IMG/VR virus record: IMGVR_UViG_3300031027_000002 | DNA length: 59,026 nucleotides | Reading direction: 5' to 3' (one strand) | Origin: a virus | The notes under the pieces: model-generated | What the model was told of the DNA's origin: nothing | What the model saw: the letters and a program-made list of their open reading frames with translations, nothing else | Database searches by the model: none | Made by a program: the position numbers and the translations under genes | Shown: piece by piece, positions 50,352-59,001 of the stretch | Layout of the letters: the number at the start of each line of letters is the position of its first letter | How positions within the stretch are numbered: position 1 is the stretch's first letter

Positions 50352-50623
50352 TAACCGTGGGCAAGCTAGGCATCGTGCGATGCACTGGAGACGATCTCAC
50401 CAGCTTGCGCATTGAGTGCTTTGAGCGGGACGACTACCGCTGCGTGGACTGCGGGAGGACGGTGCGAGTGGACGCTCCTGAGTGGGCTGACAACCGCGCT
50501 CACATGGCCCACATCGAAGGCAGGGGTCGTGGCGGGTCTGACGTCATCACCAACGTCCACACCAAGTGCCGCCGGTGCCATAGCGACCTTGAGCACAATC
50601 CGAAGTCAGTGCCAAAGAAATAG
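50348..50623 (+). CDS. HNH endonuclease (91 aa)
   Basis: CVDCG...HMAHIEGRGRGGSDVITNVHTKCRRCHSDLEH. Confidence 0.8.
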   Translation: MITVGKLGIVRCTGDDLTSLRIECFERDDYRCVDCGRTVRVDAPEWADNRAHMAHIEGRGRGGSDVITNVHTKCRRCHSDLEHNPKSVPKK

Positions 50624-50626
50624 TTC

Positions 50627-50655
50627 TTGACTCTCTACCGGTATAGGCGCACTAT
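50627..50655 (+). promoter_or_regulatory. Weak promoter candidate TTGACT-17-CACTAT, 6 nt before ATG 50662 (leaderless geometry)
   Basis: Good -35, poor -10; no RBS before the ATG. Confidence 0.3.
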
Positions 50656-50661
50656 CTATCC

Positions 50662-50868
50662 ATGCCGAAGAGATACACGGAAGCGCACATCAGAATCGAG
50701 CTAAAGAATCGGCTGCAAACCATGACGCAGAAGGATATCGCTCGCGTCGTGGACATGCACCAGCCGGACGTGTCGGTTGCTGTTCGAGGCGGAGCGATAC
50801 CCGCGAAGCTATCTGCGTGGCTCGGGTTTCGCAAGGTTGAAGGCATCTACGAACGGAGAGCGAAATGA
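50662..50868 (+). CDS. Small HTH-like protein (68 aa)
   Basis: MTQKDIARVVDMHQPDVSVAVRGG. Confidence 0.5.
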   Translation: MPKRYTEAHIRIELKNRLQTMTQKDIARVVDMHQPDVSVAVRGGAIPAKLSAWLGFRKVEGIYERRAK

Positions 50869-51113
50869 GAAGGAAGATTAGCCAGATCGACTCCATCAAC
50901 TATCGCAACCGCATGTTAGCTGCAGAGAAAAAGCTCAGGGATCAAAAAAACAGATGGTCGAGTGATTGGCAGAACTCGTGGATCAATATCGAGTCGCTAA
51001 CCCTTTCTGATGCCTCATTCGCCAAGATCGATACTGCGCGGAAGCTCGGGCATGCCGTTATCATTCTGCCAGGCAACCGCAATGAGATTCTGATCTACGC
51101 CGACCCGCTGTGA
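50865..51113 (+). CDS. Hypothetical protein (82 aa)
   Basis: ATGA-coupled ORF. Confidence 0.5.
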   Translation: MRRKISQIDSINYRNRMLAAEKKLRDQKNRWSSDWQNSWINIESLTLSDASFAKIDTARKLGHAVIILPGNRNEILIYADPL

Positions 51114-51262
51114 CTGAACTACTCCAACTCATCGCGGAACTGGAGAGGTTAGCCAGACCGCGGCATGAGATGGATGCTGAGACGTTTGAAAGCTGGCAGG
51201 AGTCGTACCTGCAATTTCTGATTGAGCGCATCGAGCGCGAGGATGGAGGTGACAGACATTGA
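51110..51262 (+). CDS. Small helical protein (50 aa), 3' end possibly remodelled by an insertion
   Basis: GTGA coupling; VTELLQLIAELERLARPRHEMDAETFESWQESYLQFLIERIEREDGGDRH; contains the first copy of the 15-bp repeat. Confidence 0.35.
   Translation: MTELLQLIAELERLARPRHEMDAETFESWQESYLQFLIERIEREDGGDRH
51213..51227. repeat. 15-bp direct repeat, left copy
   Basis: aatttctgattgagc is also at 51455..51469. Confidence 0.85.
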
Positions 51263-51454
51263 CAAAATATCTTCCCTACAAATCATCGCAGTGGGTGGTA
51301 GTAAGCCTTTTGAGTCTCAATACATTATCAATTGGTCTTGCCCAGAGGACGCCGGAAACAACGGAGAACTCTCCCAGCCTCACGTATGCAAATCTGGGAA
51401 TGATTGACCGCGCACTGTATGGCTGTATCAGTGGCGAGATGTAGAAACAGCCGT

Positions 51455-51469
51455 AATTTCTGATTGAGC
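51455..51469. repeat. 15-bp direct repeat, right copy
   Basis: aatttctgattgagc; the intervening 227 bp are AT-richer and have no convincing gene. Confidence 0.85.
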
Positions 51470-51482
51470 AAGAGGAGCAAAG

Positions 51483-51944
51483 ATGGCCGAACTAAGCGAG
51501 AACGACCCAGAATTTACGTGTAGCCATTGCGGTAGAGACATGCGCACCTTCGACAATGTTTGCTCAAACGGCGCGTATTGTTTCTCTATTGCCGACTATA
51601 AGGAACGGTTTAGGGATGCCCGAGGCCACACTGACGTACCCGTAAAAGCTATTCCGACACCACCAAGCAACGGGGGCGCAGCATGGCCGGTTGCGCGCGA
51701 TCCTTTAGACGTAGCTAACGAGCGCATCAAGGTCTTAGAAGTCCTACTTGAAGATGCCTATGGTACCGGGAACGTCTTCAAAACCGAAGCTACTCGCAGG
51801 CTGAGACTCATTGAAACCGCAAGGGATTTACTAGCTGAAGCAGCTTGCAAAATGAGCCTCCAGTGGTTCCAGCGGGAGCAGGCTTGGGTTGCGTCATTGA
51901 ATGAGCACCTTCCGTCCTCCAACACGAAGTATCCCACACCATAA
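51483..51944 (+). CDS. Hypothetical protein (153 aa)
   Basis: GAGGAG RBS; N-terminal CSHCG...C...C. Confidence 0.6.
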   Translation: MAELSENDPEFTCSHCGRDMRTFDNVCSNGAYCFSIADYKERFRDARGHTDVPVKAIPTPPSNGGAAWPVARDPLDVANERIKVLEVLLEDAYGTGNVFKTEATRRLRLIETARDLLAEAACKMSLQWFQREQAWVASLNEHLPSSNTKYPTP

Positions 51945-51953
51945 GGAGCCACC

Positions 51954-52148
51954 ATGACACCGAAACAGCGCAAGATTTGGGAGAATCGGATGATTCAGAG
52001 AGAAATTCGAATGCTCAACTTCTACCGAGCTCCCCTCGCGAATAATGACCCTCCTGATGGATCGTTTCTCATGGGCGCATTCTTGCATGGATGGGATTCT
52101 GCGATGCGGGCTTCGCGGAAAAACCCCAAATCAAAGCCAACGAAGTAG
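51954..52148 (+). CDS. Hypothetical protein (64 aa)
   Basis: AAGGAG RBS inside the repeated junction CCACACCATAAGGAGC. Confidence 0.5.
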   Translation: MTPKQRKIWENRMIQREIRMLNFYRAPLANNDPPDGSFLMGAFLHGWDSAMRASRKNPKSKPTK

Positions 52149-52168
52149 CCACACCATAAGGAGCAGAG

Positions 52169-52396
52169 ATGGCAGACGTTATATGGAGTGAAGAGGAAAA
52201 ATCGGCAGCGCTTGAGCAACTAGAGAAGGATGAGCGTTCTATCTCTTGGGAAGACAAGGGCATTGAACTCCAGTGCGAGGTAACCGCCTTGCGTGAGGCG
52301 CTGGAGACTATTGCGGGATTTGCTCCCGGCAATGGAGATGTGTGCGAGATTATCGCTAAACGCGCGCGAGCAGCCTTGCAGAAAGTTGGAGAGTGA
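52169..52396 (+). CDS. Hypothetical acidic protein (75 aa)
   Basis: Same repeated junction/RBS upstream. Confidence 0.55.
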   Translation: MADVIWSEEEKSAALEQLEKDERSISWEDKGIELQCEVTALREALETIAGFAPGNGDVCEIIAKRARAALQKVGE

Positions 52397-53133
52397 TGGC
52401 AGACGTAGAAGAGATGAAGGATCACGATTGGGGTAATGACTCTCGCTGCATAAACTGTGGAGCTTACGGCGATGTTGCGGGAGTGTGGGGCCTAGCTACC
52501 TATGAGGCTCTAACCCGCAAACAATGTCCAGCCAAGCTCCCAGCAGATGCTAGCCCCTCAGAGCCGCAGGAGCAGCGCCTCTACCCGACTGGCGGCGACC
52601 CTAAAGACTTCTGTACATGCGACCACCACGAGATGTGTCATGCCAACTATGCGGGGATGTGCCGGGCATGCAATCAGACGGGATGTGAATGCAGAGACTA
52701 CCAGCCCGAGGCAGCCCCAACAGCAGCAGGGAGCGAGGGGCCGCAGGATATTCTCGCGGGAGATGTTTGGCACCGCGCCAACGAGAATCGTACGGACGCT
52801 ATCTGTAACGTCGCGAAGCCTTATGAAGCGATCACCACCGGCAAGTATCCTGTCACGTGCCCCGCGTGCCTTGCGTTGCTGGCGGCTCCTGTGGCATCCC
52901 AAGCTCCAGCCGCCCCGAAGCGGCCCAGTGAAATGTATCTCGGAAACGGGAAGCAAGGGTGGAATTACTTTGCACCTGCTCCGATAAAAGCCTACATGGA
53001 CTATCTAGAGAGCCGCGTAAGGGAGTTGGAGACCGCGCTGAAGCTTTGCGCAAACCTACTTCAAAGTATGGAACCGAATTGTGATTGCATCGCGTGTACG
53101 ACAGCGAAGAAAGTGCTGGCCAACCATGAATAA
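52396..53133 (+). CDS. Cys-rich hypothetical protein (245 aa)
   Basis: TGATG coupling; several CxxC / CxC pairs. Confidence 0.6.
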   Translation: MADVEEMKDHDWGNDSRCINCGAYGDVAGVWGLATYEALTRKQCPAKLPADASPSEPQEQRLYPTGGDPKDFCTCDHHEMCHANYAGMCRACNQTGCECRDYQPEAAPTAAGSEGPQDILAGDVWHRANENRTDAICNVAKPYEAITTGKYPVTCPACLALLAAPVASQAPAAPKRPSEMYLGNGKQGWNYFAPAPIKAYMDYLESRVRELETALKLCANLLQSMEPNCDCIACTTAKKVLANHE

Positions 53134-53890
53134 GCCCTCTCAGTTGGAAATGGGAGAAGCGATCCGCAAGGTCTACCCCTACTTCAATCTTCGCGGTCTT
53201 GAAGGCGACGGACCAAAGGTATGGGGGGCATTCTTTACTCTCGGCCAAACCTATGAACAGACGAAGTGGTATCCGACACAAAAACTGGCCGTCGAGGAAG
53301 TCTTCTACGCGCTCCCGAAGAAGCTGGAGAGCGCACTGGCAGTAGTAGGGGACGAGGAGCCGGATCAGTTACTCTGCGTCCACGGCATATTCGGGCGCGA
53401 TGGATTGGGTTGCGAAATCTGCAACTCCCTAGACACACAAGAACTGCCGTCGCTGGACGTAAAAAATATGGCTCTTGAAATGTTCATCGAGGAGCGAATG
53501 ACCGTCGCTAAAGATTGGGGAGTACCCACTAAGGGCTTTGTTTCAAAGCAAACGCTCGATGGTATCGATGCGGAAGTAAACGATCGCCTGCGCATACGCC
53601 TAATCGAAGCCTTGTCTCGACTCTCCGCAATGGAGAAAGAGAACCATTGGATCAGCGTGGAGCACGAGCTGCCACCAATGGGCAGACTTGTCATCGTATC
53701 CGCAGGTAAAGTAGTGCAGATGTGCCTCTACAGTTGGAATGGAGAAGACAATGCTTGGAGTCCATTCGATGAAGATTTCGATTGCGCTCCTGCGGATACC
53801 TTCACTCACTGGCGTCCTCTTCCATCCCCTCCCAAGGAGGCACTAGACGTTAGAAGGGACAAGAATGGGTGGCCAGACAAGCCACATTGA
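53126..53890 (+). CDS. DUF551-domain protein
   Basis: C-terminal WISVEHELPPMGRLVIVS...FTHWRPLPSPP. Confidence 0.65.
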   Translation: MNKPSQLEMGEAIRKVYPYFNLRGLEGDGPKVWGAFFTLGQTYEQTKWYPTQKLAVEEVFYALPKKLESALAVVGDEEPDQLLCVHGIFGRDGLGCEICNSLDTQELPSLDVKNMALEMFIEERMTVAKDWGVPTKGFVSKQTLDGIDAEVNDRLRIRLIEALSRLSAMEKENHWISVEHELPPMGRLVIVSAGKVVQMCLYSWNGEDNAWSPFDEDFDCAPADTFTHWRPLPSPPKEALDVRRDKNGWPDKPH

Positions 53891-54605
53891 CCCCTAGAGT
53901 CCCGTAGTTGAGTATCTTCTTCCACCATGGCTGCGGCGCCGTTGCTTGGTCTGCGGCCTTTCTTATGTCCGTCGCGATCGCTGTTATCTGGACTGTCGTG
54001 AGCGCTGCCTGCTCTGAGGTGTCCGCTACGCCCTTCAGAGCCCGGTCTACGTCTGGGGAGGTTACGCGCGCATCGAAGTCTTTCACCATTCTGTCGGCGT
54101 CGTCCTCGACGGGTTGTAGCTTCCTGATTGCGGCCCCAGCGTCGCCTATGGTCGCGTTGGCGGTGTCGATGGCAGGGTTTATATGCGTCGAGAGCGTGGT
54201 GAGGCTCTTAGACGCAGCGTCGGCCGTTCCTGTGAGGGCGTCTGTAGCCGTGTTGACGTGGGTTAGCGTCCCCGTCACTGCTCCGCCGACATTCTGGATC
54301 GTGCCGGCGGCCGACGTAAGCACTGCTCCAGTTTGCTTTACCTGTTCAGCCCCCTGTGCTGCGAGGATGCCGATGTTCTTGGTGGTCTGGCTCATCTGGG
54401 CAATTGGGCCACAGGTTACGCTGCCATGGAAGCCTGTGCAGGGCGCGTTGACTGTTGCGAGGGTCTTATTGACCCCATCGATCGTGCTGCTTGCTTTCCA
54501 CAGCACTAGACACAAGAAAACCCCCGCCACGGCATACGTAACGAGGGTTATATCTCGGAGGATGGAGCGAAGGTTGTCCATAGGGTTATGGATGGGCGGC
54601 CCCAA
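53850..54605 (-). CDS. N-terminally membrane-anchored protein (251 aa), last gene of the lysis-side block
   Basis: TTG start behind GGAAGGGG; TM ITLVTYAVAGVFLCLVLW; Ala/Thr-rich helical remainder. Confidence 0.5.
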   Translation of the reverse strand: MGPPIHNPMDNLRSILRDITLVTYAVAGVFLCLVLWKASSTIDGVNKTLATVNAPCTGFHGSVTCGPIAQMSQTTKNIGILAAQGAEQVKQTGAVLTSAAGTIQNVGGAVTGTLTHVNTATDALTGTADAASKSLTTLSTHINPAIDTANATIGDAGAAIRKLQPVEDDADRMVKDFDARVTSPDVDRALKGVADTSEQAALTTVQITAIATDIRKAADQATAPQPWWKKILNYGTLGVNVACLATHSCPF

Positions 54606-54635
54606 GGAACCCCTTCCGAAAGACCGCCCAACTGT

Positions 54636-55076
54636 TTAGGCCGCTGGGGTTGCCGCTGGCGCGGGTGACGCCGTGGTGAGTGCGGTAGCCAAAGTGGTGA
54701 GGTTGGTCACGATAGCCGTAGCCGCCGCAACGCTCTTCGGGTTCTTGATCTGGGCTGCCGAGATGAGGGAACTTGCATTGGTCGCGAGCGAAGATGCGAG
54801 GCTGGCCGCCGTGGGTGTGGCGCCGTAGTCTGCAATCAGGCCGCTGAGGGCCGTGACACCGGTCGTGATGGCTGAGGTGGCCGCCGTGACTGCTGCTGAT
54901 GCAGCTGGGCCTCCCTCGAGGCCTGCGATGACCGAAGCCGCCCCGCCAACGTACTGGAGAGTCGTGTCGGCGATCTTCTCGATCGCGGGCTGTTCGGCGT
55001 GAAGTTTGGTCAGTTCCTTCTCTGCCCAGTTAATAAATGTGTGTTCTGCGCCTTCAATGTCAGAAATAAAGCTCAT
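54636..55076 (-). CDS. Ala/Thr/Ser-rich hypothetical protein (146 aa)
   Basis: ORF downstream of the holin-like gene. Confidence 0.5.
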   Translation of the reverse strand: MSFISDIEGAEHTFINWAEKELTKLHAEQPAIEKIADTTLQYVGGAASVIAGLEGGPAASAAVTAATSAITTGVTALSGLIADYGATPTAASLASSLATNASSLISAAQIKNPKSVAAATAIVTNLTTLATALTTASPAPAATPAA

Positions 55077-55130
55077 GTGGGGCTCCTTTGGTGGTGCGGT
55101 TGATGTTTCTGCTGGGATTATAGTCCTCAG

Positions 55131-55424
55131 TCATGCGGCTGGGGGATTGATCGGGGGAACTTTCAACGTGCTGGAGCTCATGTCCGTAACCACGGAGCCT
55201 CCCGGTAGATCGCTGGGATCACGATGGGTAAGGTCTTTGCCGGTTAGGAGGGTCGAAGCGATGGCAATTTCAGCCACGGCTATGCCACTCGTTCCGACCA
55301 GGGCCGCTACCCTCAGATTTGGGTCGCCGCGGGAGAACAGGAACACCATGATGCTGATGGCGTCGGCGCTGATAATGGCCAGCACAATGATGGTGAACAA
55401 CTGCCTCGCGTTGAGTCCGCCCAC
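55131..55424 (-). CDS. Holin-like membrane protein (97 aa)
   Basis: Two hydrophobic helices; GTG overlaps the lysozyme stop (TAGTG). Confidence 0.55.
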   Translation of the reverse strand: MGGLNARQLFTIIVLAIISADAISIMVFLFSRGDPNLRVAALVGTSGIAVAEIAIASTLLTGKDLTHRDPSDLPGGSVVTDMSSSTLKVPPINPPAA

Positions 55425-55852
55425 TAGACCGCCTCCAGAAAGAGATTCGCCTCAGCTTGACGTCGGCGTACAAGGCCCGGAATTACTTGTCCTCCAGCAT
55501 GTACCCATTCCCCGAACTGCTCGGAGGCTAGCTGGAAATTGCCTTGATTCACCAACCGTAACAGGGTGGAACCAGTAAAGTTACCTGAGCCTACGTTGTA
55601 CGTGAAGTCTACCATCGCATCATGCTGATTCTGGTTGATTTCGGACGTAACGTTCTTGTTCACCACGGAATTAGCCCACTGGGTATCAATGACGAGTTGA
55701 GCATCCGCCTGCTCTTGCGTCCAGACCGTCCCCAGTGTAGTCGGAGTATGACCCCAACCGATTGTAGGGACGCCTGCGGAGTCTAGGTAAGCCTCCAGCC
55801 GGCATCCTTCAAACGACTTCGTTAGCGCGAGTCCTGCGGGTCCGTAGTTCAC
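55424..55852 (-). CDS. GH24 (T4/lambda-type) lysozyme endolysin
   Basis: LTKSFEGCRLEAYLDSAGVPTIGWGHT and the following lysozyme pattern. Confidence 0.85.
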   Translation of the reverse strand: MNYGPAGLALTKSFEGCRLEAYLDSAGVPTIGWGHTPTTLGTVWTQEQADAQLVIDTQWANSVVNKNVTSEINQNQHDAMVDFTYNVGSGNFTGSTLLRLVNQGNFQLASEQFGEWVHAGGQVIPGLVRRRQAEANLFLEAV

Positions 55853-55968
55853 GACGGCAATACCGGATTGTTCGGCGAAGGAAGCGGACCACCCTTGCGC
55901 ACTGGAGGGTTGGTAGGGTCAACTGGCTGCGGGGGGGTGTATGGCGGGTTTACTGGATTAGATCCCAT
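55849..55968 (-). CDS. Small Pro-rich ORF (39 aa)
   Basis: Not in track; MGSNPVNPPYTPPQPVDPTNPPVRKGGPLPSPNNPVLPS; GTGA coupling to the lysozyme gene. Confidence 0.3.
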   Translation of the reverse strand: MGSNPVNPPYTPPQPVDPTNPPVRKGGPLPSPNNPVLPS

Positions 55969-55977
55969 GTGAGTCTC

Positions 55978-56232
55978 CTAGAATGAAGTGGAAATCTGGT
56001 GCGCTTCGTGTTGGCCCCTAGCTAAGTCAGCAACAGTTCCCCCCAGGATCGTGAGCAGAAGGAGAATGATGCCCCAGAACATTTTCTTTATATCAGAAAT
56101 CGATTTTGTATGAGTTTCCAACGCGTCCTCCGCTTGCTGCATCCTCGTAGTGATCCCCGGTTTTCCGTTACCGTGGAACATATTCTTCTCGAGTCGTTCG
56201 ATCCTACTTTCGTGTTCGTATCCGTTCGGCAC
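55978..56232 (-). CDS. C-terminally TM-anchored protein (84 aa)
   Basis: MFWGIILLLLTILGGTV helix. Confidence 0.5.
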   Translation of the reverse strand: MPNGYEHESRIERLEKNMFHGNGKPGITTRMQQAEDALETHTKSISDIKKMFWGIILLLLTILGGTVADLARGQHEAHQISTSF

Positions 56233-56301
56233 TGGCCCTACCTCTAAGTTAGATTCTCGACGGCACCCTTGGGAGGCTTGGCCATTACTGCCATAGGCCG
56301 C

Positions 56302-56517
56302 TTACTCAACGAACTTATCTCTATCCAACTCTTGCTTGACGCCTTCAGCTTTGCTCGATTTTCTCGTAAGTTCAAGCAATTCAGTCAGACGTCCGTCTAC
56401 CCTCTCGCCCACATCCGTCAACTTAGTACGGTTCAGCCACCCAAGGACCGCGGCAGAGAGTGCAACGATCGTCGGCGGAGTGGTGGCAATCAGTGCGATC
56501 TTTACGGCGTCCGTCAT
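56302..56517 (-). CDS. N-terminal TM protein (71 aa)
   Basis: ATGA coupling; MTDAVKIALIATTPPTIVALSAAVLGW. Confidence 0.5.
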   Translation of the reverse strand: MTDAVKIALIATTPPTIVALSAAVLGWLNRTKLTDVGERVDGRLTELLELTRKSSKAEGVKQELDRDKFVE

Positions 56518-56726
56518 CCTCCCTCCTTGCCCTGCAACTGGCCCAGCACATCTTTGAACATCTTCGCGGCCTCGGGACACTTCCGAGACTCGCAGAGATA
56601 GATTGCTCGATTGAGGCATTGAACCATGATATCTACCTTTTCCTCCGCAATATAAATATCCATCTCCGCCGCATCGTAATAAGCTCTGGTGCCGAGGAGA
56701 ATCCGCTTTGGGTGGTTCAACGGCAT
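56514..56726 (-). CDS. Hypothetical protein (70 aa)
   Basis: Start moved to ATG 56726, 6 nt after AGAGGT. Confidence 0.5.
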   Translation of the reverse strand: MPLNHPKRILLGTRAYYDAAEMDIYIAEEKVDIMVQCLNRAIYLCESRKCPEAAKMFKDVLGQLQGKEGG

Positions 56727-56791
56727 AAGGTTACCTCTAAAATAAGTCTTACAGCCATCCAAACAGCCAACTTAGTAACTTCTCCCACCAG

Positions 56792-57187
56792 CTAGTTGGC
56801 GGTAACGGTGAGGCCGGTGGGGGCGGGAAGAGGGAGCGTGCCGCTCGCGATGTTCGATGCGGGAGAAGTTTGGGTCCCGTTGACGTTCACCGCGTAGTAG
56901 GAATACGTCCCAGCCGTCACCGTGGAGTCCGTGTAAGGGCCGCTAGCCGTGACACCAGTAACCAACTGCGTGAAGGATGTCGGAGCCGTGCAGGGCGTGC
57001 CAGCGCACCGGAAGAGGGTAACCGTGGTGCCAGCAGGAACTCCGGTGGGCTGAGTCCACGAGACGGTAGCGGTTGGACCGGTGGCTGTCTGAGCGAACGA
57101 GACCGCCAGCATTGAGTGCTTGGTCTGGGCCGAGACTGGCAGGCAGAGGACAAGTAAAGCGGCGAGGAGCGATAACTTCGTTTTCAT
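56792..57187 (-). CDS. Secreted single-FN3-like-domain protein (131 aa) with signal peptide
   Basis: MKTKLSLLAALLVLCLPVSA-QTK; FN3-like TVSWTQP...YSYYAVNV; ends PAPTGLTVTAN, which looks like the first strand of a second FN3 unit. Confidence 0.7.
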   Translation of the reverse strand: MKTKLSLLAALLVLCLPVSAQTKHSMLAVSFAQTATGPTATVSWTQPTGVPAGTTVTLFRCAGTPCTAPTSFTQLVTGVTASGPYTDSTVTAGTYSYYAVNVNGTQTSPASNIASGTLPLPAPTGLTVTAN

Positions 57188-57195
57188 GGTTCTCC

Positions 57196-59001
57196 TTAGT
57201 GTACGGACGTGCCTGATGACAAGGCTACTCCAGATGAAAATTGAACTCCGAGAAAAGTTGGCGGCGCTATCCCCGGCTCTACAAATCCGATCGCCGGTGG
57301 GTTAGGACGTGTGACACCTACAAAGTCCAGCGTGGAGGCTTGAGACGCTGTACCAGCACCAATTGCAGGTGATCCACTCTGAAGTTTGTAATTCGTCCAC
57401 GGGCCGTTGGTTGCGCTTACGAATAGCGGATTGGTTGGCAGACTCAGCGACGTGAGGCTGGAGGCTGGTGTCGTCCCGCTGGGCGTCCCGCCGTAGAACA
57501 AAAGGTTGTTCGACCCTGTAAGGATCGCCTGCGGGGAGCCGCCGCCGAAAAGGATGTTGAAGGACGACGTGTTGGCGTACGCAGGCTGGTAGATGATGTT
57601 GTTCGTTAAGTGAACAGTGAACGGGGTCTGCGCTGTCTCGAAACCGTATGCGATCGCCGCAGCAAACGTGCTGCTGGATGAGTTTACGTAGACACTGCAA
57701 TCATAGAAAGTGTTGTTATAGACCTGTGCCGTTCCCGAGCCTACCGCGCTAGTTGCCTCGCCGGGGAATGAAAGGCAGGTGTGAACGCCGTCTGAGTCGC
57801 TGGCGGGTTGAATCCCGACGTGGTGGATGATGTTGCCGAAAATGTTTAGTGGTCCCTGCGCGCTATCCCACGTAGCGATGTTGATGCCCGCACCGTTCAC
57901 GTCGGTGATGTCGTTATAGGCGAACTCACCATTGCCAAAGCCGAGGGACGTATCTGTGAAGTAGTTCCACTGAATGCCGTTCCATGTGCAGTCGTCGATC
58001 TTGTTGTAGTCCGCGACCACCTGATTGCCCGTCAAATAGATCGAGTGGTACTGCTTGTTGGACACGCCCCCCGAATCGGAGCAACTGCTGTTGTGCAGGT
58101 AGTTGCCGAGGACAAATGTGCCGACATTGACTTGAGCTTCTTGACCGCCTGTAAGACAGGCTGAGGAGCCAGAGCCGGTCGGAGCGGTGAGTATATTGTT
58201 AACTGCCCGCATAAACGGCCCAGTGGGCGGCTCGGTGAACGAGAGGCAATTTCCTTGGCCCAATATTGTTAGCCCGGAGATTACCGTGCCCACGTCGCCA
58301 TAGTCGCGGATGCCCGTTGAGGCATTGACACCGTTGCCGATTGTTGCTGTAGCTCCGGGGCGCGCCATAAGGACGGTAGGAGTTGCTGAGGTCTGCGTAA
58401 ACCCCATATCCAATTGGAAGGCGGTGTAGAGGCTTCCCCCATCCGCGTAGGCAAAGTCGAACCCATTCAAGAACACAATAGTGTCCCCACCGTTGATGCA
58501 CTGGTAAAACTGAATCGGGATCAGACTATTGGCTGGCGGCGAAACATTGCTGCCTCCGCCGTTGATTTGCGTGCTGGGCGTGTTATTCGTCTTCCACGGA
58601 TTGCCGAACGATCCGTTACCGGCGTTGCCGTCCAGAGCGGTGCCGTTCTTTAGATTCGTGCAGTTCAGCGTAGTTCCGGTTGTGGCATTGTCGATGCCGG
58701 AGCCAATGTAGTAGATCGCACCCGAGCGCACAGTGAAGGTGAGGTTTGAGCACGAACCTCCCGGCGTGGTGATGACGATGTTACCGCTTCCCGTCGTGGC
58801 TGACGGAACCTGAAAGCCCAACTGTTGACGGTCTCCCGTCTTGTCCGCGCCGAGGTAAATCTTATTCGTAACTGCCGTGCCGTTCACCGTGATCGAGATA
58901 GTCGATAGCGACGAGCCGAAGTTAGCCCCGAACACGTCCACATAGATTCCGCCGCCGCCCTCGCCGCCTGTTGCAGGCCCTGAGAGGTTGTCCTGGTACA
59001 T
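57196..59001 (-). CDS. Tailspike/depolymerase-like protein: IPT/TIG-like N-domain + right-handed parallel beta-helix
   Basis: IYVDVFGANFGS...ITVNGTAV...IVITTPGGSCSNLTFTV, then repeated NxxxxN/G beta-helix rungs (NNILTAP, GNYLHNS, YNDITDVNGAGINI, GNIIHHVG); its first 34 codons lie in the terminal repeat. Confidence 0.8.
   Translation of the reverse strand: MYQDNLSGPATGGEGGGGIYVDVFGANFGSSLSTISITVNGTAVTNKIYLGADKTGDRQQLGFQVPSATTGSGNIVITTPGGSCSNLTFTVRSGAIYYIGSGIDNATTGTTLNCTNLKNGTALDGNAGNGSFGNPWKTNNTPSTQINGGGSNVSPPANSLIPIQFYQCINGGDTIVFLNGFDFAYADGGSLYTAFQLDMGFTQTSATPTVLMARPGATATIGNGVNASTGIRDYGDVGTVISGLTILGQGNCLSFTEPPTGPFMRAVNNILTAPTGSGSSACLTGGQEAQVNVGTFVLGNYLHNSSCSDSGGVSNKQYHSIYLTGNQVVADYNKIDDCTWNGIQWNYFTDTSLGFGNGEFAYNDITDVNGAGINIATWDSAQGPLNIFGNIIHHVGIQPASDSDGVHTCLSFPGEATSAVGSGTAQVYNNTFYDCSVYVNSSSSTFAAAIAYGFETAQTPFTVHLTNNIIYQPAYANTSSFNILFGGGSPQAILTGSNNLLFYGGTPSGTTPASSLTSLSLPTNPLFVSATNGPWTNYKLQSGSPAIGAGTASQASTLDFVGVTRPNPPAIGFVEPGIAPPTFLGVQFSSGVALSSGTSVH

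Noticed and set aside
51222-51444. Two overlapping 61-aa ORFs in the AT-richer segment between the 15-bp repeats
   Set aside because: One needs a TTG start. Both lack an RBS, overlap each other and have odd composition. They are more likely non-coding insertion DNA.
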